Positions 32,619-43,280 are shown, counted from the stretch's first letter. The stretch is 64,000 bases of DNA from Candidatus Bathyarchaeota archaeon (GCA_963772455.1 CAVYXJ010000012.1:160001-224000), one strand, 5' to 3'. Program-made: numbers and translations. Notes: generated by a model not told the origin, from the letters alone.

Positions 32619-33512
32619 TTATTTCTTCGGTAAAAGTTCAGCAAGTTCAAAAGTTGCTACGCTTATTGAGGTGTCTGCGCCTCCATAATAGATTAGAACT
32701 TTGTCATCCATTACAGCTTGTCCGCAACTGAAAACGACGTTGGGAACTTTTCCATAGCGTTCATAATCTTCTGTAGGGGTCAGAATTGGTTCTTCGGAGC
32801 GATAAAGAACTTGTTCAGGATTATTTTTGTCAAGTAATGCAACGCCCAGAGAGTAAACTCTGTCCACACTCACGCCATGATAGATTAGAAGCCAACCCTC
32901 GTTAACTAAAAAAGGTGGCCCGCCAGCACCCACTTTCCAGGAATCCCAGCCTTTTTCACGTGGACCCAAGATGTATTTTAATCCATGCCAAGTACTCAAG
33001 TCGCTAGACCGTGCGATGCAGAGATCAGGTTCCAATCTGTGAAACATTACGTAGTCGCCATTGAACTTTTGTGGAAATAGAACAGCATCTTTATTGTGGA
33101 TTCCAGGGAAAGCCAAGATCCTTTCGCCCCAATTCCATTTTCGTTCTATAAAATCTTGGACGTTTATGGATGTTAACCCAATTTGATAGACTTGATGTTG
33201 AAAATGATTTCCAAAAGCAGTATAAGCCATGATTAGGGAATTGCCAAATAAACTTAGCCGTGGATCCTCGCAACCTTGATTTTCTGTTTCATTCGAAGGG
33301 CTAAAAACAGGTAGGGGTAAGCGTTCATCAATAGTATAGCCATCTGAAGAAGCTGCTAATCCTATGCGTGAAATATTGTCAGTACCCATTGCTCTATAGA
33401 GAAGGTGGATACGGTTGTTAGCGGCAAAGACTGCAGCATTGAAGACTAAGCTTGATTCCCAAGCATGTGAACCTATGGGCTCAAGAATAGGATTATGCGA
33501 GTACCTGTTCAA
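32619..33512 (-). CDS. GH130 glycosidase/phosphorylase
   Basis: NPILEP, VFNAAV, LLYRA, GCEDPR, KDAVLFP, WLLIYHG, VPNVVF, YYGGAD. Confidence 0.9.
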   Translation of the reverse strand: MNRYSHNPILEPIGSHAWESSLVFNAAVFAANNRIHLLYRAMGTDNISRIGLAASSDGYTIDERLPLPVFSPSNETENQGCEDPRLSLFGNSLIMAYTAFGNHFQHQVYQIGLTSINVQDFIERKWNWGERILAFPGIHNKDAVLFPQKFNGDYVMFHRLEPDLCIARSSDLSTWHGLKYILGPREKGWDSWKVGAGGPPFLVNEGWLLIYHGVSVDRVYSLGVALLDKNNPEQVLYRSEEPILTPTEDYERYGKVPNVVFSCGQAVMDDKVLIYYGGADTSISVATFELAELLPKK

Positions 33513-33546
33513 TCGTTATCTCTCCAATCGTGCCCTTGCTTTGAAG

Positions 33547-33921
33547 TTACAGTCCACTAAGCTCATCTAATATATGTCTAACGGATATCAGCCCAACTAG
33601 TTTTCCTTCTTTGTCAATCACTGGAAGATGCCGAATCTTAGCAGATACGATTATGCTTTTTGCTTCTTGAAAAATCGAATCTACGTCAACTGTAAAAGGA
33701 TTTTTAGTCATAACTTTTTCTACCGGTGCATCTAAAGGCATATTTTGCGCCACAATCCTAATTGCGTCTCGTTCAGTGAAAATACCTATGCATTGCTCCT
33801 CATCATTGATAATCACTACGGATCCTACGTGCCTTTTGAAAAGAAGCTCAATTGCATCTCTAGCAGGAAGGGTTCCATTTGCAGTAACTACATCTCTTAA
33901 CATTAAATCTCGGGTATTCAT
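33547..33921 (-). CDS. CBS-pair protein
   Basis: GIFTERD, VMTKNP, IRHLPVID, GLISVRH. Confidence 0.9.
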   Translation of the reverse strand: MNTRDLMLRDVVTANGTLPARDAIELLFKRHVGSVVIINDEEQCIGIFTERDAIRIVAQNMPLDAPVEKVMTKNPFTVDVDSIFQEAKSIIVSAKIRHLPVIDKEGKLVGLISVRHILDELSGL

Positions 33922-34015
33922 ACCGACTAATCTCCTTCTTTAAAATGGATCTACGAATTAATAAATGAAATAAGAAATATTATTTAACTTGAAGAGTAAT
34001 CGCTCAATTTTTGGA

Positions 34016-35089
34016 TTATTTTTGCATTATTCTTAACAGATTCTTTTGTTGATTTAACTCTTCTAAGTTTAGGCGGGCTTGGAGATAAGATAGGGTTGCT
34101 TCAGCGCCTTTGTTTTGATTTAATCCCTGAGGTGTTATGCCGTCGCAGCAACTCCCGTTTTCTTGATTGTACAATGTTAGACCCTGCAAATTTCCACCGA
34201 AATACCATTCAAATGCTTGGTGGGCTGCTTCCAGGTAAGTTTCCTTGTTGGTGTTTCTAAAAGCTGCAATTGCCGCTTCTGTTGTACATGCTGCTTCCAC
34301 GGATTGTTGGTCGTAGATGGCTCGTTCAGATCCTTTCTTATACCAACCACGATTTCCTATTGGAACGAATACTTTGTCTATCGTTTGGGTTTTTATTAGA
34401 AATTTTATGGATTTTGATGCTACTTGTAAGTAGGTATCTTTTCCTGTTGCTTCGTAGGCTAAGAAAAGCGAATGTGGTAATCGTGCATTACAGTATGTAA
34501 GATATGATTCAAACCAATCCCATCCTTCTGAAGATTCGAGTTCAAATTGTTCAGTTAGCTCTTTTGCGAAAATATTGATGTTTACTTTGACATTTTGGTC
34601 TTCTGGATAAGCTTTCAGGTAATGAAATAATCCCATAATTGAATATGCTTTTGCTCTTGGTGATGTGAAGTTTGAAGTCCAGCAAAAAAGTTTGTCAAAA
34701 ACCTCTTTGGAGAGAAGTTTTGTTTCTTCAGGCAATTTTGAGTTTAAACAGTATCCACATGCCCAGAGTGTTCGACCCATACAATCCTCTGAACCTATTT
34801 CATCTAAAAGCTGGCGATCATAACTGAGGAAGTTGTGCATTTTGCCGTCAGATCTTTGCATGTAGAGCAATAAGCTCAGATAAGTGTCAATTAGTTTCTT
34901 AACACTTAGATCGTTAAACAACATAAAGTAATTTGTAGATGCAATAAGAGCTCGTGCGTTGTCATCTGTTGCGTATCCTTCTTTTTTATTGGGTGTTGCA
35001 TATTTCGAATGCTGGAGCATTCCAACATCGTCAGTTAATGTTCTGACAAAATCTAGGTTTATTGGAAGAATTGGCAAAATTGAGCTCAC
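34016..35089 (-). CDS. Glycosyltransferase-associated alpha/alpha-toroid (six-hairpin glycosidase-like) protein
   Basis: LTDDVGMLQH, GYATDDNARAL, SEDCMGR, YCNARLP, DQQSVEA, CCDG, NKGAE. Confidence 0.8.
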   Translation of the reverse strand: MSSILPILPINLDFVRTLTDDVGMLQHSKYATPNKKEGYATDDNARALIASTNYFMLFNDLSVKKLIDTYLSLLLYMQRSDGKMHNFLSYDRQLLDEIGSEDCMGRTLWACGYCLNSKLPEETKLLSKEVFDKLFCWTSNFTSPRAKAYSIMGLFHYLKAYPEDQNVKVNINIFAKELTEQFELESSEGWDWFESYLTYCNARLPHSLFLAYEATGKDTYLQVASKSIKFLIKTQTIDKVFVPIGNRGWYKKGSERAIYDQQSVEAACTTEAAIAAFRNTNKETYLEAAHQAFEWYFGGNLQGLTLYNQENGSCCDGITPQGLNQNKGAEATLSYLQARLNLEELNQQKNLLRIMQK

Positions 35090-36254
35090 TCGTTCTTCTC
35101 AGTTATTGCATTAATGAGGTCTATGTATTTTCTAGCCACATTTTTCCAGAGGAAGCGTCGACTATATTTGTAAGCTCTTTTTTGAACCTCACTTCGGAAG
35201 TTCTCGTCCAAAAGTCTGTTTATGCCTTCAGCAATCGAAGCTGAATCCTCAAATTTGCACAATATCCCTCTTTCCTTGTCCAAGACCTCTATTGCGTGAT
35301 AATATGGAGTAGACACTACAGCTTTTCCAGCACCAAGAGCATAGATAAGAGTGCCACTGCTGATTTGGTTGGGGGAAATGTAAGGCGTTATGTAAATGTC
35401 GGTTGCTTGAAGGAACTTGATTAATTCACGTTTTGTAATGAATCTATTCGTGAATCTGACGTGCTCTTCCAATCCAAGTTCACTAACAAGCTTCGTTAGT
35501 TCATTTCGGTATTTTTCACCCTCATTTTTTCTAACTTCAGGGTGAGTTTCTCCGATTATGAGATAAATTATTCGCGGTTCTTTTTTAATAACCTCGGGGA
35601 GAGCTCGAATAGCATATTCAATTCCTTTGCCGCTGCTTATTAGAGCCGAAAGTGGAAGCAACCAGACGATGCTCAAGACCGAGTGATTCCTTGATTGATT
35701 TGTTGTTTGTGCAATCAATGCTTGGGCAACCGTGTGGAATGACAATGCATTTCTTGTAAGGTATTCCTTGGCGTTTTAGCATGTCGATTGCGGCGTGCGC
35801 TATCACAATAATTGCTTCGCTTCTTTCAACTAAGTATTTTAGGACTTCAATTGCTTTTTCGTCAAAATTAGGTTGCACGGTGTGAAGGGTTGTTATTACT
35901 GGTTTTTTGACATTGTCTAAGAAAAGTTTAATGTGTTTACCATAGTCGCCTCCGTAGAGGCCGAACTCATGTTGAACAACTAATATCTGGATGTTTGATG
36001 AGTTTACGTATTCGGCTGCCTTAACGTAGTCTTCGGCGTCGTCTCGATCAATGTTCCATTTGACTCGCCTGTCGTAATCGTAAAGTGCGCCTTTTTCATT
36101 TATGGCAATTACAGAATGCTTAAACCCATTCAAGTCACAATATGGCATCAATTAGGTCTTTTGTAAAGTTTGCAATGCCGCATTCTCTTGGTGGGTAAGT
36201 GCTAAAATACCCAATTCGCTTTGTGCTACTATTCAAAACAGTTTTCTGAAGCAT
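35086..36254 (-). CDS. GT4 glycosyltransferase (two frameshifts)
   Basis: STYPPRECGIANFT start (manual), QHEFGLYGG, ITTLHTV, IPHG, GKGIE, SSGTL, AVVSTPY. Frame breaks near 36140 and 35640. Confidence 0.85.
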
Positions 36255-36659
36255 TTAAATTAACTCACTTTTTCTAATGTTAAATCACCCAAAAACTCCC
36301 GTTTTGCAATTCAGGAGAGTTGAAGATTTCTCAAGATCAACCAATTTTCAGTTTCAACAGGGATGGTATGACGGAATTTCTAGTTGAAGCTCTGAATAAT
36401 TGCTTGTCTGTTTCAATACTTACCAATCTGACCTTTATGTCTGTTGCGTCTGCTCTCAAGCTATTTTTATAAAGAAAAAGCGCTACAAGTTTTCTTATGA
36501 TTTTCTATATTTTCTATATTTTTTAAAAGAGTCAACAGAAGATTTGCATTAATTTTGCTTGAAAAATCTCGAGTTTGTGACTGTAGACTACCAGTCACTA
36601 CAATTAATATTCTATTGAAAGCTATGTACACACATTCAATTCTGCCAGAGTGATTATAT

Positions 36660-36914
36660 TTGAAAAAGAAATTAAGTGGACAATGCATTTGCGGCTATTT
36701 TTTTGGCACTTTTGATAATGTTAAAGAAGCAATAGTCAAGGTCAAATTACATTTCAAAAGCTATCATGAAGACTTTCTTCCTTTTGGAATTACTGACGCT
36801 GAAGCCTTGGCTTTGTTAAAGAAAGGAATGTCTCATGGAAAGAAAATAGTTTGTTCAAACAATTCTTGTCATTTCAAGCAAAATCGTCGAATTGTTCAAC
36901 AAATTACTAATTAG
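36660..36914 (+). CDS. Small putative Zn-binding protein (CxC...H...H)
   Basis: GQCICGYFF...KLHFKSYH. Confidence 0.65.
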   Translation: MKKKLSGQCICGYFFGTFDNVKEAIVKVKLHFKSYHEDFLPFGITDAEALALLKKGMSHGKKIVCSNNSCHFKQNRRIVQQITN

Positions 36915-37505
36915 TTTAAGCGAAAAAGACATTCAAATTTAGGCAGTTAGTTTCGCTTTGTTTTTCTGGTCCCAATGCTCAGGTATTCTCGACCAAAACA
37001 AGAGACTCTTTACTTTAGTCTATCTGGATGTTGGCAAACGTTGTCAGGAGAATTCTTCGGAATCCTCATGCGCTTCAATTTGAAGAAGGATTACAACGAT
37101 TACATTTCTCGAGACATCATGAAAAAAATTAGTAGCAGCTAATGTGTAACTATTAGAGTTTTGTTGCCCCATTCGAGCATTCCACCTTTTTCATAAGAAT
37201 TTTCTTAACTGAATCAATGTTGACTTAGAAGTTTTTTGAGCGGACCTACATACGCTATTAAAACGCGAACATCCGAAAAGATACGTTGCTTACATACCGT
37301 TCGCGTCCAGTTTAGCGCTGATCCGCCAAAAGCTAATTGACATTAGCTATATTTTGGATAAATAACTTTGTGACTGGAAACCAACAGCTACAAGATTTTT
37401 TTTCTTAGTCCCTTTTGTTGGTGGAGACTTACACAAACAAGACAATTAATGTTAGAAATTAAATATGTTCTTCTATTGAAGAATGAGAGGAGGTTTTAGG
37501 GTTTA

Positions 37506-37817
37506 ATGGTTGAGAAGAGAGTTGAGAAAATCCAGAAACTAATATCTGAGTCGGATGAAATCCCACGAACTTTGGAAAACAAAAATGTTCTTTTAGATAA
37601 GCAGTTGAAGGGACATTTGCCAGTTGTTTGTTGTGAATGTGGAGCTGAAATATTATTAGTTCCAGATTTAAAGGCAATGGATCTCGCTATCGAAGCTCAT
37701 GTTTCTGAACATAGAGGAAAAGAAAGATAAAGTTGAGGGAAAAGAAAGTGCTTCTGGAAGAATTAGTCTATTGCTTGGTCAACTTACGCTTAAAAAAGTG
37801 GGTGAAATGAGTGATTC
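37506..37817 (+). CDS. Small CECG-motif protein (frameshift near 37727); paralog of 59007-59246
   Basis: LPVVCCECGAEILLVPDLKAMDLAIEAH vs LPIIKCECGHKILLIPDLKTMGRAIEDH. 3' end approximate. Confidence 0.65.
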
Positions 37818-37819
37818 CG

Positions 37820-38052
37820 AGTTTTCTGGTAGCATTAATAATGTTGAAAGTGACCAAGAATTTTAAATACGCTTGCACATAATAATATTATTGAATAACG
37901 GATGACGAACGATAAAACACGAACTGTGCTTTTTGAAAGTTTTCTGGTAAGCATTAATAATTTTGAAAGTGACCAAGAATTTTAAATACACTTGCACAAA
38001 TTATATTATTGAATAACGGATGACGAACGATGAAAACACTGAACTGTTGCTT
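37820..38052. repeat. ~118-bp tandem duplication of the TrmB-like gene promoter and first codons
   Basis: AGTTTTCTGGTA...GAAAGTGACCAAGAATTTTAAATAC...GAATAACGGATGACGAACGAT at 37820 and 37938. Confidence 0.9.
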
Positions 38053-38808
38053 GGCTTAGGCTTAACTCTTAATCAAGCAAAAGTTTACTTAGCTGTAATT
38101 AAACTTGAGAAAACTACTGTGGTGCAGGTAGCAAATTTTTCCAAAGTACGCAGAGAAGATGTTTACAGAATTCTGCCCTCACTTGAAAAAATGGGTCTTG
38201 TTGAAAGATTACTCGGAAAACCAACCGAGATTCGCGCTACACGCATTTCGGATGCTTTGAGCCTCTTGGTCGAGGCGGAAAAAGGCAAAGCTGACGAGCG
38301 ACTCGTAGGCATGAGAGGTATAGTTCAGAAGCTATCTCTTAAAGACTGGAAACAGGAACTTCCCAAAGAAGAAAGCATATATATTCTCATAGCAGAAAAA
38401 AAATCTATTTTTGCTAAAACCTCAGATTTGATTAATGGCTCTAAAAAAGAATTAGCGTTGATTGCGGATAAAGGAAGAATTATGCCAATTTTGTTTCAAT
38501 TTTCAGATGAATTCAAATCTGCTACAAAGAATGGTACAGTAATTCGATTGCTTTTTGAAAACGAAAGACCAGATAGTTCACTTAAAGAAAAAGTAAAAAA
38601 ACTAATTGGCAAAGAGTCTTCGATTCGCATAAAGTTCCATCATGAACCTTTGAATCATTTTTTGATGTCTGATGACAAAGAAGCCATGATAACGACTTCT
38701 AAACAAACAGGACTTGGCGAAAGCCCTTGTCTTTGGACAAACAACTGTAATCTGATCGGCGTTTTAAGAAATAGTTTTGAATCTGATTGGGAAAAAGCAG
38801 AAGCTTAA
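38020..38808 (+). CDS. TrmB-family transcriptional regulator
   Basis: LGLTLNQAKVYLA...SKVRREDVYRILPSLEKMGLV HTH, plus C-terminal PLD-like effector domain (SDDKEA, WTN). Confidence 0.9.
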   Translation: MTNDENTELLLGLGLTLNQAKVYLAVIKLEKTTVVQVANFSKVRREDVYRILPSLEKMGLVERLLGKPTEIRATRISDALSLLVEAEKGKADERLVGMRGIVQKLSLKDWKQELPKEESIYILIAEKKSIFAKTSDLINGSKKELALIADKGRIMPILFQFSDEFKSATKNGTVIRLLFENERPDSSLKEKVKKLIGKESSIRIKFHHEPLNHFLMSDDKEAMITTSKQTGLGESPCLWTNNCNLIGVLRNSFESDWEKAEA

Positions 38809-38950
38809 TAAAAACCTAATTTTCCTGACTAATTTCTTTTTGCACTGCAGCATTTGTTGGTGTATGCTCACAGTCACTAGCGCTTAATTATTTCAAAGAC
38901 CTTCTTTAAGATAGTTCAAATTTTGAGATTGTTTTGGAGATAGATAAGTT

Positions 38951-39109
38951 ATGAATACTTGGTTAACGATTGCAATTGTTATTTTAATACTTTGGTTAGT
39001 TGGGTTCTTTGCTTTGCCAGGCGTAGGCGCACTGATACATATACTGCTTGTGATTGCCGTAATCTTTGTAGTTGTTTGGTTATTAACTGGCAAAAAACTG
39101 TGGAAGTAA
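38951..39109 (+). CDS. lmo0937/DUF5670-like small membrane protein
   Basis: Manual translation MNTWLTIAIVILILWLVGF...VGALIHILLVIAVI. Confidence 0.75.
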   Translation: MNTWLTIAIVILILWLVGFFALPGVGALIHILLVIAVIFVVVWLLTGKKLWK

Positions 39110-39520
39110 CCACATTCTTTTTATTATTTTTTTTTCAGTCACCAATTTTTCCTCAAGACGCAAATATTTTTGTCAACTAACTCGTATGAACCCAAATCCT
39201 GTGTACGCTAAAAAAAGAAAGAATTAGATTATTTCGTTAGCTATTTGGTGTCACTTGAACTTGGTTCGAATGCATATTCGATTAAGGTTACTCCTGTGTG
39301 ACAGCGATAACTATATCCATTGACTTTTACGAACTTTTTGTTTGTTCTCTAATATCTTTCCATGATTCTCACGAATATTTGTGACAAGCCCAATTCTTTG
39401 GCTGTTAAGGGCGTTTTGGGGGCTGGTGGTGGCGCTTTTTCTTAGAAAGTTTTTTTGAAATTAATTACAAAATTTATACTTAATTGTTGATAAAGTTAAA
39501 AAAAGTGAATGTTGAGGATA

Positions 39521-39599
39521 GAAAAAGCTTAAATTGTAAACGGTTGAGCATAGAAACATACGCAAATATCTTGCGTATAATAATTCAGGAGAAATAAAA
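39521..39599 (+). promoter_or_regulatory. BRE/TATA, 5'-UTR hairpin and GGAGA RBS of PQQ-like gene #2
   Basis: GAAAAAGCTTAAAT (39521-39534); hairpin ATACGCAA-ATATC-TTGCGTAT (39558-39578). Confidence 0.65.
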
Positions 39600-42113
39600 G
39601 TGTCAAAAACAAATAAAAAATTGACAACAATTTTTGCAATGTTTCTAATAGCGGCATTCGTAGTATCAATGTTTGCTATACTGCCTTCTAACGCACAAAG
39701 TTCCACCTACAGAACCAAAAAAACTTATGCTGTATGCGGTCTACTGCCTAATCCTGTTGGGGTTGGACAAGAAGTATTAATCTGGGTTGGTATAACGGAC
39801 TATGTTCAGAACCCAACTGATGGCTGGAAAGGTCTCTCAGTAACAATAGAAAGACCAGATGGAAAAACTGATACAATAAGCAACATAGCAACTGATTCAA
39901 CAGGCGCAACAGGCAAAATATATGTGCCAGACATTATAGGAAACTATACAATTCAAACACACTTCCCAGCACAATGGTTCAACTGGACTGCCGCACCTAT
40001 GTTTGACCCTGAAGTTTATGGTAACATCTGGTACGAAGCAAGTGACAGCGAAAAACTGACATTGGTTGTTCAACAAGAACAAGTACCATCTTATCCTACT
40101 ACACCGCTTCCAACTGAGTACTGGACACGCCCAATAAACGCGCAACATTACACTTGGAATACAATTTCTGCGAATTGGGTCTCAAGGCCTGATAATTCGT
40201 ACGCTCCAAACAATGACGATGCGCCAGAGTCTGGTCACATTCTGTGGGCTAAACCATTATCAACTGGAGGAAATGCTGGAGGATTTACCGGTGAACACAA
40301 TTATGAGACTGGAGATGCTTACGAGGGCAAGTTTGTGAATTCAGTTATTATCAATGGTGTACTCTACTACAATAGATACGCTCAAGGTTTCGGCGGAGGC
40401 TGGAGTCAACAAGGAATCATCGCAGCGGATCTTCGTACAGGAGAAGAATTATGGTTCAAGAATAACAGCAGGCTAGCGTTTGGTCAAACAATGTACTTTG
40501 ACGGCTTCAATACGCATGGTGTCTTCGCATATATTTACGAAGCTGTTTCCGTATTTGACATGACAACCTTCGCGTCAGTTACTACATGGAAAGCATATGA
40601 TCCCTTAACTGGAGAATACCAGTTCAGTATATCGAACATACCTGCAAGCGGTGCTCAATTCGGTGCAAGCTACACTGTTAATGGTGTAAATGGCGAAATT
40701 ATAATATACAACATCAACTTGGCAGCTGGCTGGATGGCTAAATGGAACTCTACTACGGCTGTTCTTGGGAAAGCAGTTGCTGGCACTATGGGTGCGGGAA
40801 GTTGGGGTTCTGCAGCTAACACGCAAAGGACTTTCAACGGCAATCAAGGTTATGACTGGAACCAGACTATACCTAAAGACTTACCCGGAAGTGTGTCGAA
40901 GGTCCTCTCAGACAGAATACTTGGCTGCAATGCTTCAGGTTGGACTAGCATGGGAGAAAACGGTGTTGCAAATTGGGCTTTTAGCATTCCAAAAACTGAC
41001 ACAGAAACAGTACGATTGCTCTATAATACAGTTTGGACACCACCGACTGGCATGTTAAGCATGAGTTTCGGGGATGCTTCAGACGATTTAGTCTTCACCC
41101 TTGAATCAAAAGAGACGAGGCAAATCTGGGGCTTTAGTGCTGAATCAGGACAGGTGATTTGGGGTCCAACTGAACCTCAAGCAATGCTGCAGATTTACGG
41201 TATGACTGGCGGAATAGCTTATGGCAAACTCTTCTCTACTGGCTATGGCGGAATACTCTATTGTTACGATGTTAAGACTGGCGATCTACTTTGGGAATAC
41301 AAAGCTGCTGATTCATACAACGAAGTTCTATGGAGTAATGAGTGGCCTATATTTGTTGCATTCATAACCGACGGAAAAATCTACCTGCAATCCAACGAGC
41401 ACTCACCCACCAATCCTTTAGCACGTGGCTCACCATTCTTATGCGTCGATGTAGAGACTGGAGAAAGAGTTTGGGAACTTCCGATTTGGGGAACCTCCTG
41501 GGGAGGTGCTCCGTTAATTGGAGACAGCATAATAGTGCAGTTCAACTCTTATGACAACCGCATCTATGCTATTGGTAAAGGTCCAAGCTCAATGACAGTT
41601 ACAGCACCAGACATAGGCGTACCCGCAGGTTCATCTGTAGTGATAAAAGGCACTGTTACTGATCAATCAGTGGGCGCAAAAGGTACACCAGCAATATCCG
41701 ATGAGTCAATGACTGAATGGATGAAATACATCTACATGCAATTCGCTCGCCCAGCAAACGCCACAGGTGTGGCAATATCATTAGACACGATTGATCCTAA
41801 CGGCAACTTCATGCACATAGGCGACACGACTAGTGACCAAAGCGGCACATACAGTTACAGATGGGTTCCACCCTCAGAAGTCCCGGGCAAATACACTATT
41901 ATCGCAACATTCGCAGGATCTAAATCATACTGGCCTTCATACGCCGAAACAGCATTATCTCTTGATTCGGCAGTATCTACGCCAGCACCAATCGAGGCAC
42001 CAATACAATCTGCAGCTGACATGTACTTCGTTCCCGCAATCGCAGGCTTGTTCGTTTTAATCATCGTAGTAGCCATCGTACTGGCGCTATTGATGCTAAG
42101 AAAACGACCATAA
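39600..42113 (+). CDS. PQQ-like beta-propeller surface protein #2
   Basis: Intact 837-aa ORF with signal peptide, Trp-docking repeats (DLRTGEELW, DVKTGDLLW, DVETGERVW), Ig-like C-domain and TM plus LRKRP. Confidence 0.9.
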   Translation: MSKTNKKLTTIFAMFLIAAFVVSMFAILPSNAQSSTYRTKKTYAVCGLLPNPVGVGQEVLIWVGITDYVQNPTDGWKGLSVTIERPDGKTDTISNIATDSTGATGKIYVPDIIGNYTIQTHFPAQWFNWTAAPMFDPEVYGNIWYEASDSEKLTLVVQQEQVPSYPTTPLPTEYWTRPINAQHYTWNTISANWVSRPDNSYAPNNDDAPESGHILWAKPLSTGGNAGGFTGEHNYETGDAYEGKFVNSVIINGVLYYNRYAQGFGGGWSQQGIIAADLRTGEELWFKNNSRLAFGQTMYFDGFNTHGVFAYIYEAVSVFDMTTFASVTTWKAYDPLTGEYQFSISNIPASGAQFGASYTVNGVNGEIIIYNINLAAGWMAKWNSTTAVLGKAVAGTMGAGSWGSAANTQRTFNGNQGYDWNQTIPKDLPGSVSKVLSDRILGCNASGWTSMGENGVANWAFSIPKTDTETVRLLYNTVWTPPTGMLSMSFGDASDDLVFTLESKETRQIWGFSAESGQVIWGPTEPQAMLQIYGMTGGIAYGKLFSTGYGGILYCYDVKTGDLLWEYKAADSYNEVLWSNEWPIFVAFITDGKIYLQSNEHSPTNPLARGSPFLCVDVETGERVWELPIWGTSWGGAPLIGDSIIVQFNSYDNRIYAIGKGPSSMTVTAPDIGVPAGSSVVIKGTVTDQSVGAKGTPAISDESMTEWMKYIYMQFARPANATGVAISLDTIDPNGNFMHIGDTTSDQSGTYSYRWVPPSEVPGKYTIIATFAGSKSYWPSYAETALSLDSAVSTPAPIEAPIQSAADMYFVPAIAGLFVLIIVVAIVLALLMLRKRP

Positions 42114-42261
42114 AAAAACAAAATCAAAAATATCTTTCTTTTTTTGTATGAAGAAATTTTATAATGGCACTTCAATGAACGCTTGAGTTATAAACTTAGT
42201 TTAGAATATTGCATTGGAGAAAAATAGAGCTTAGTTTACTCTGGATAAAACTCAAAAACAA

Positions 42262-43110
42262 TTAGGCACTGTTTTTGTTGTGGTTATTTTTTATTTTGAT
42301 TATTATGATTAGAGCAGCGGCTACAATCACTATTATAATAATTAGAATTAGAGGTGTTGTTTCTTTCAGGTTGATGTTGACTTGCGTTAGATTCTTTGGT
42401 TCTGTTATGGGTGATTGTGTGGTTGAATTTGGATTTGAAGTATTAGTCAGAGTAGATGTGGGTTTGGGTGTTTCTTTTGGTGAAGCTGTAGGGGTTGCAG
42501 TGGGTGTAGTTAGAACTGGTGCTGAAGGGTAAGGATGTGTTTGTCTTTGACTGGACGGGGTTATTATTCCATCGTCTGAGTAACCTACGCTTTCCCATTT
42601 TCCTTGGAAGTCATAGTCAACAAGTTCTATTTTTACAACTTGAGATATCCACTTGTAGCCCCAATGGCCAGGGACCACTAGTCGTAGCACTTCACTTAGA
42701 GGTGCTCCATCTTTTGCGTATGCCAATATTATGTTATCGCTTTTTGCTGTTGCGATTTTTAGGTCTGTTGAGTAGCCATCGTTTGCGTAGAAAGCAACTT
42801 TGATTGCTTCAGGTAAAACTCCTGTTTCGTTTAGAAGTGTCCAGAGATTGACTCCTGTCCAGTTGCCTTGGGCTACTATTGTTGTGGGAAAATCTACGCA
42901 GATTAGTGCTGTTGAAATTGTTGTTTGAGGCATAGTTTGCAAATCTGATAAAGTTAAGGTAATTGGGTGATTGACAAGTCCGCTTATGTTTATTTTCCAT
43001 GTTGAATCGTTTGTTTCTGCATATGCTGAAGGTAATGTAGAGCTAAAAGAGGTGAGAATTAGGCTTATTGCAAGTATAGTTAGTAGTGTTGAGAGAATGG
43101 TTTTTTTCAT
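42262..43110 (-). CDS. Sulfite-oxidase/MsrP-family molybdopterin-binding protein, secreted and TM-anchored
   Basis: ISGLV, LICV (Mo-ligand Cys), WTGV, DGYST, LRLVVPGHWGYKW, GKWE. PT linker and C-terminal TM. Likely start MKKTIL at 43110. Confidence 0.85.
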   Translation of the reverse strand: MKKTILSTLLTILAISLILTSFSSTLPSAYAETNDSTWKINISGLVNHPITLTLSDLQTMPQTTISTALICVDFPTTIVAQGNWTGVNLWTLLNETGVLPEAIKVAFYANDGYSTDLKIATAKSDNIILAYAKDGAPLSEVLRLVVPGHWGYKWISQVVKIELVDYDFQGKWESVGYSDDGIITPSSQRQTHPYPSAPVLTTPTATPTASPKETPKPTSTLTNTSNPNSTTQSPITEPKNLTQVNINLKETTPLILIIIIVIVAAALIIIIKIKNNHNKNSA

Positions 43111-43280
43111 TTTGTAGTCAACTTGGTTTTCTTGAGATGTTAATGTATGACATGCGTCATATTTTAAGATTCTTTTATTCAAAACTAAAAACCACCATTT
43201 AATTTCGCCATATAACATTTTCCAGATATATTTTATATCTTTTTGAACTGAAAATATCACAAATTTCACATAAACATTAA

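Noticed and set aside
39228-39445. Possible decayed minus-strand gene (LTAKELGL...FVKVNGYSY)
   Set aside because: Multiple stops and no defined start; too weak to call.
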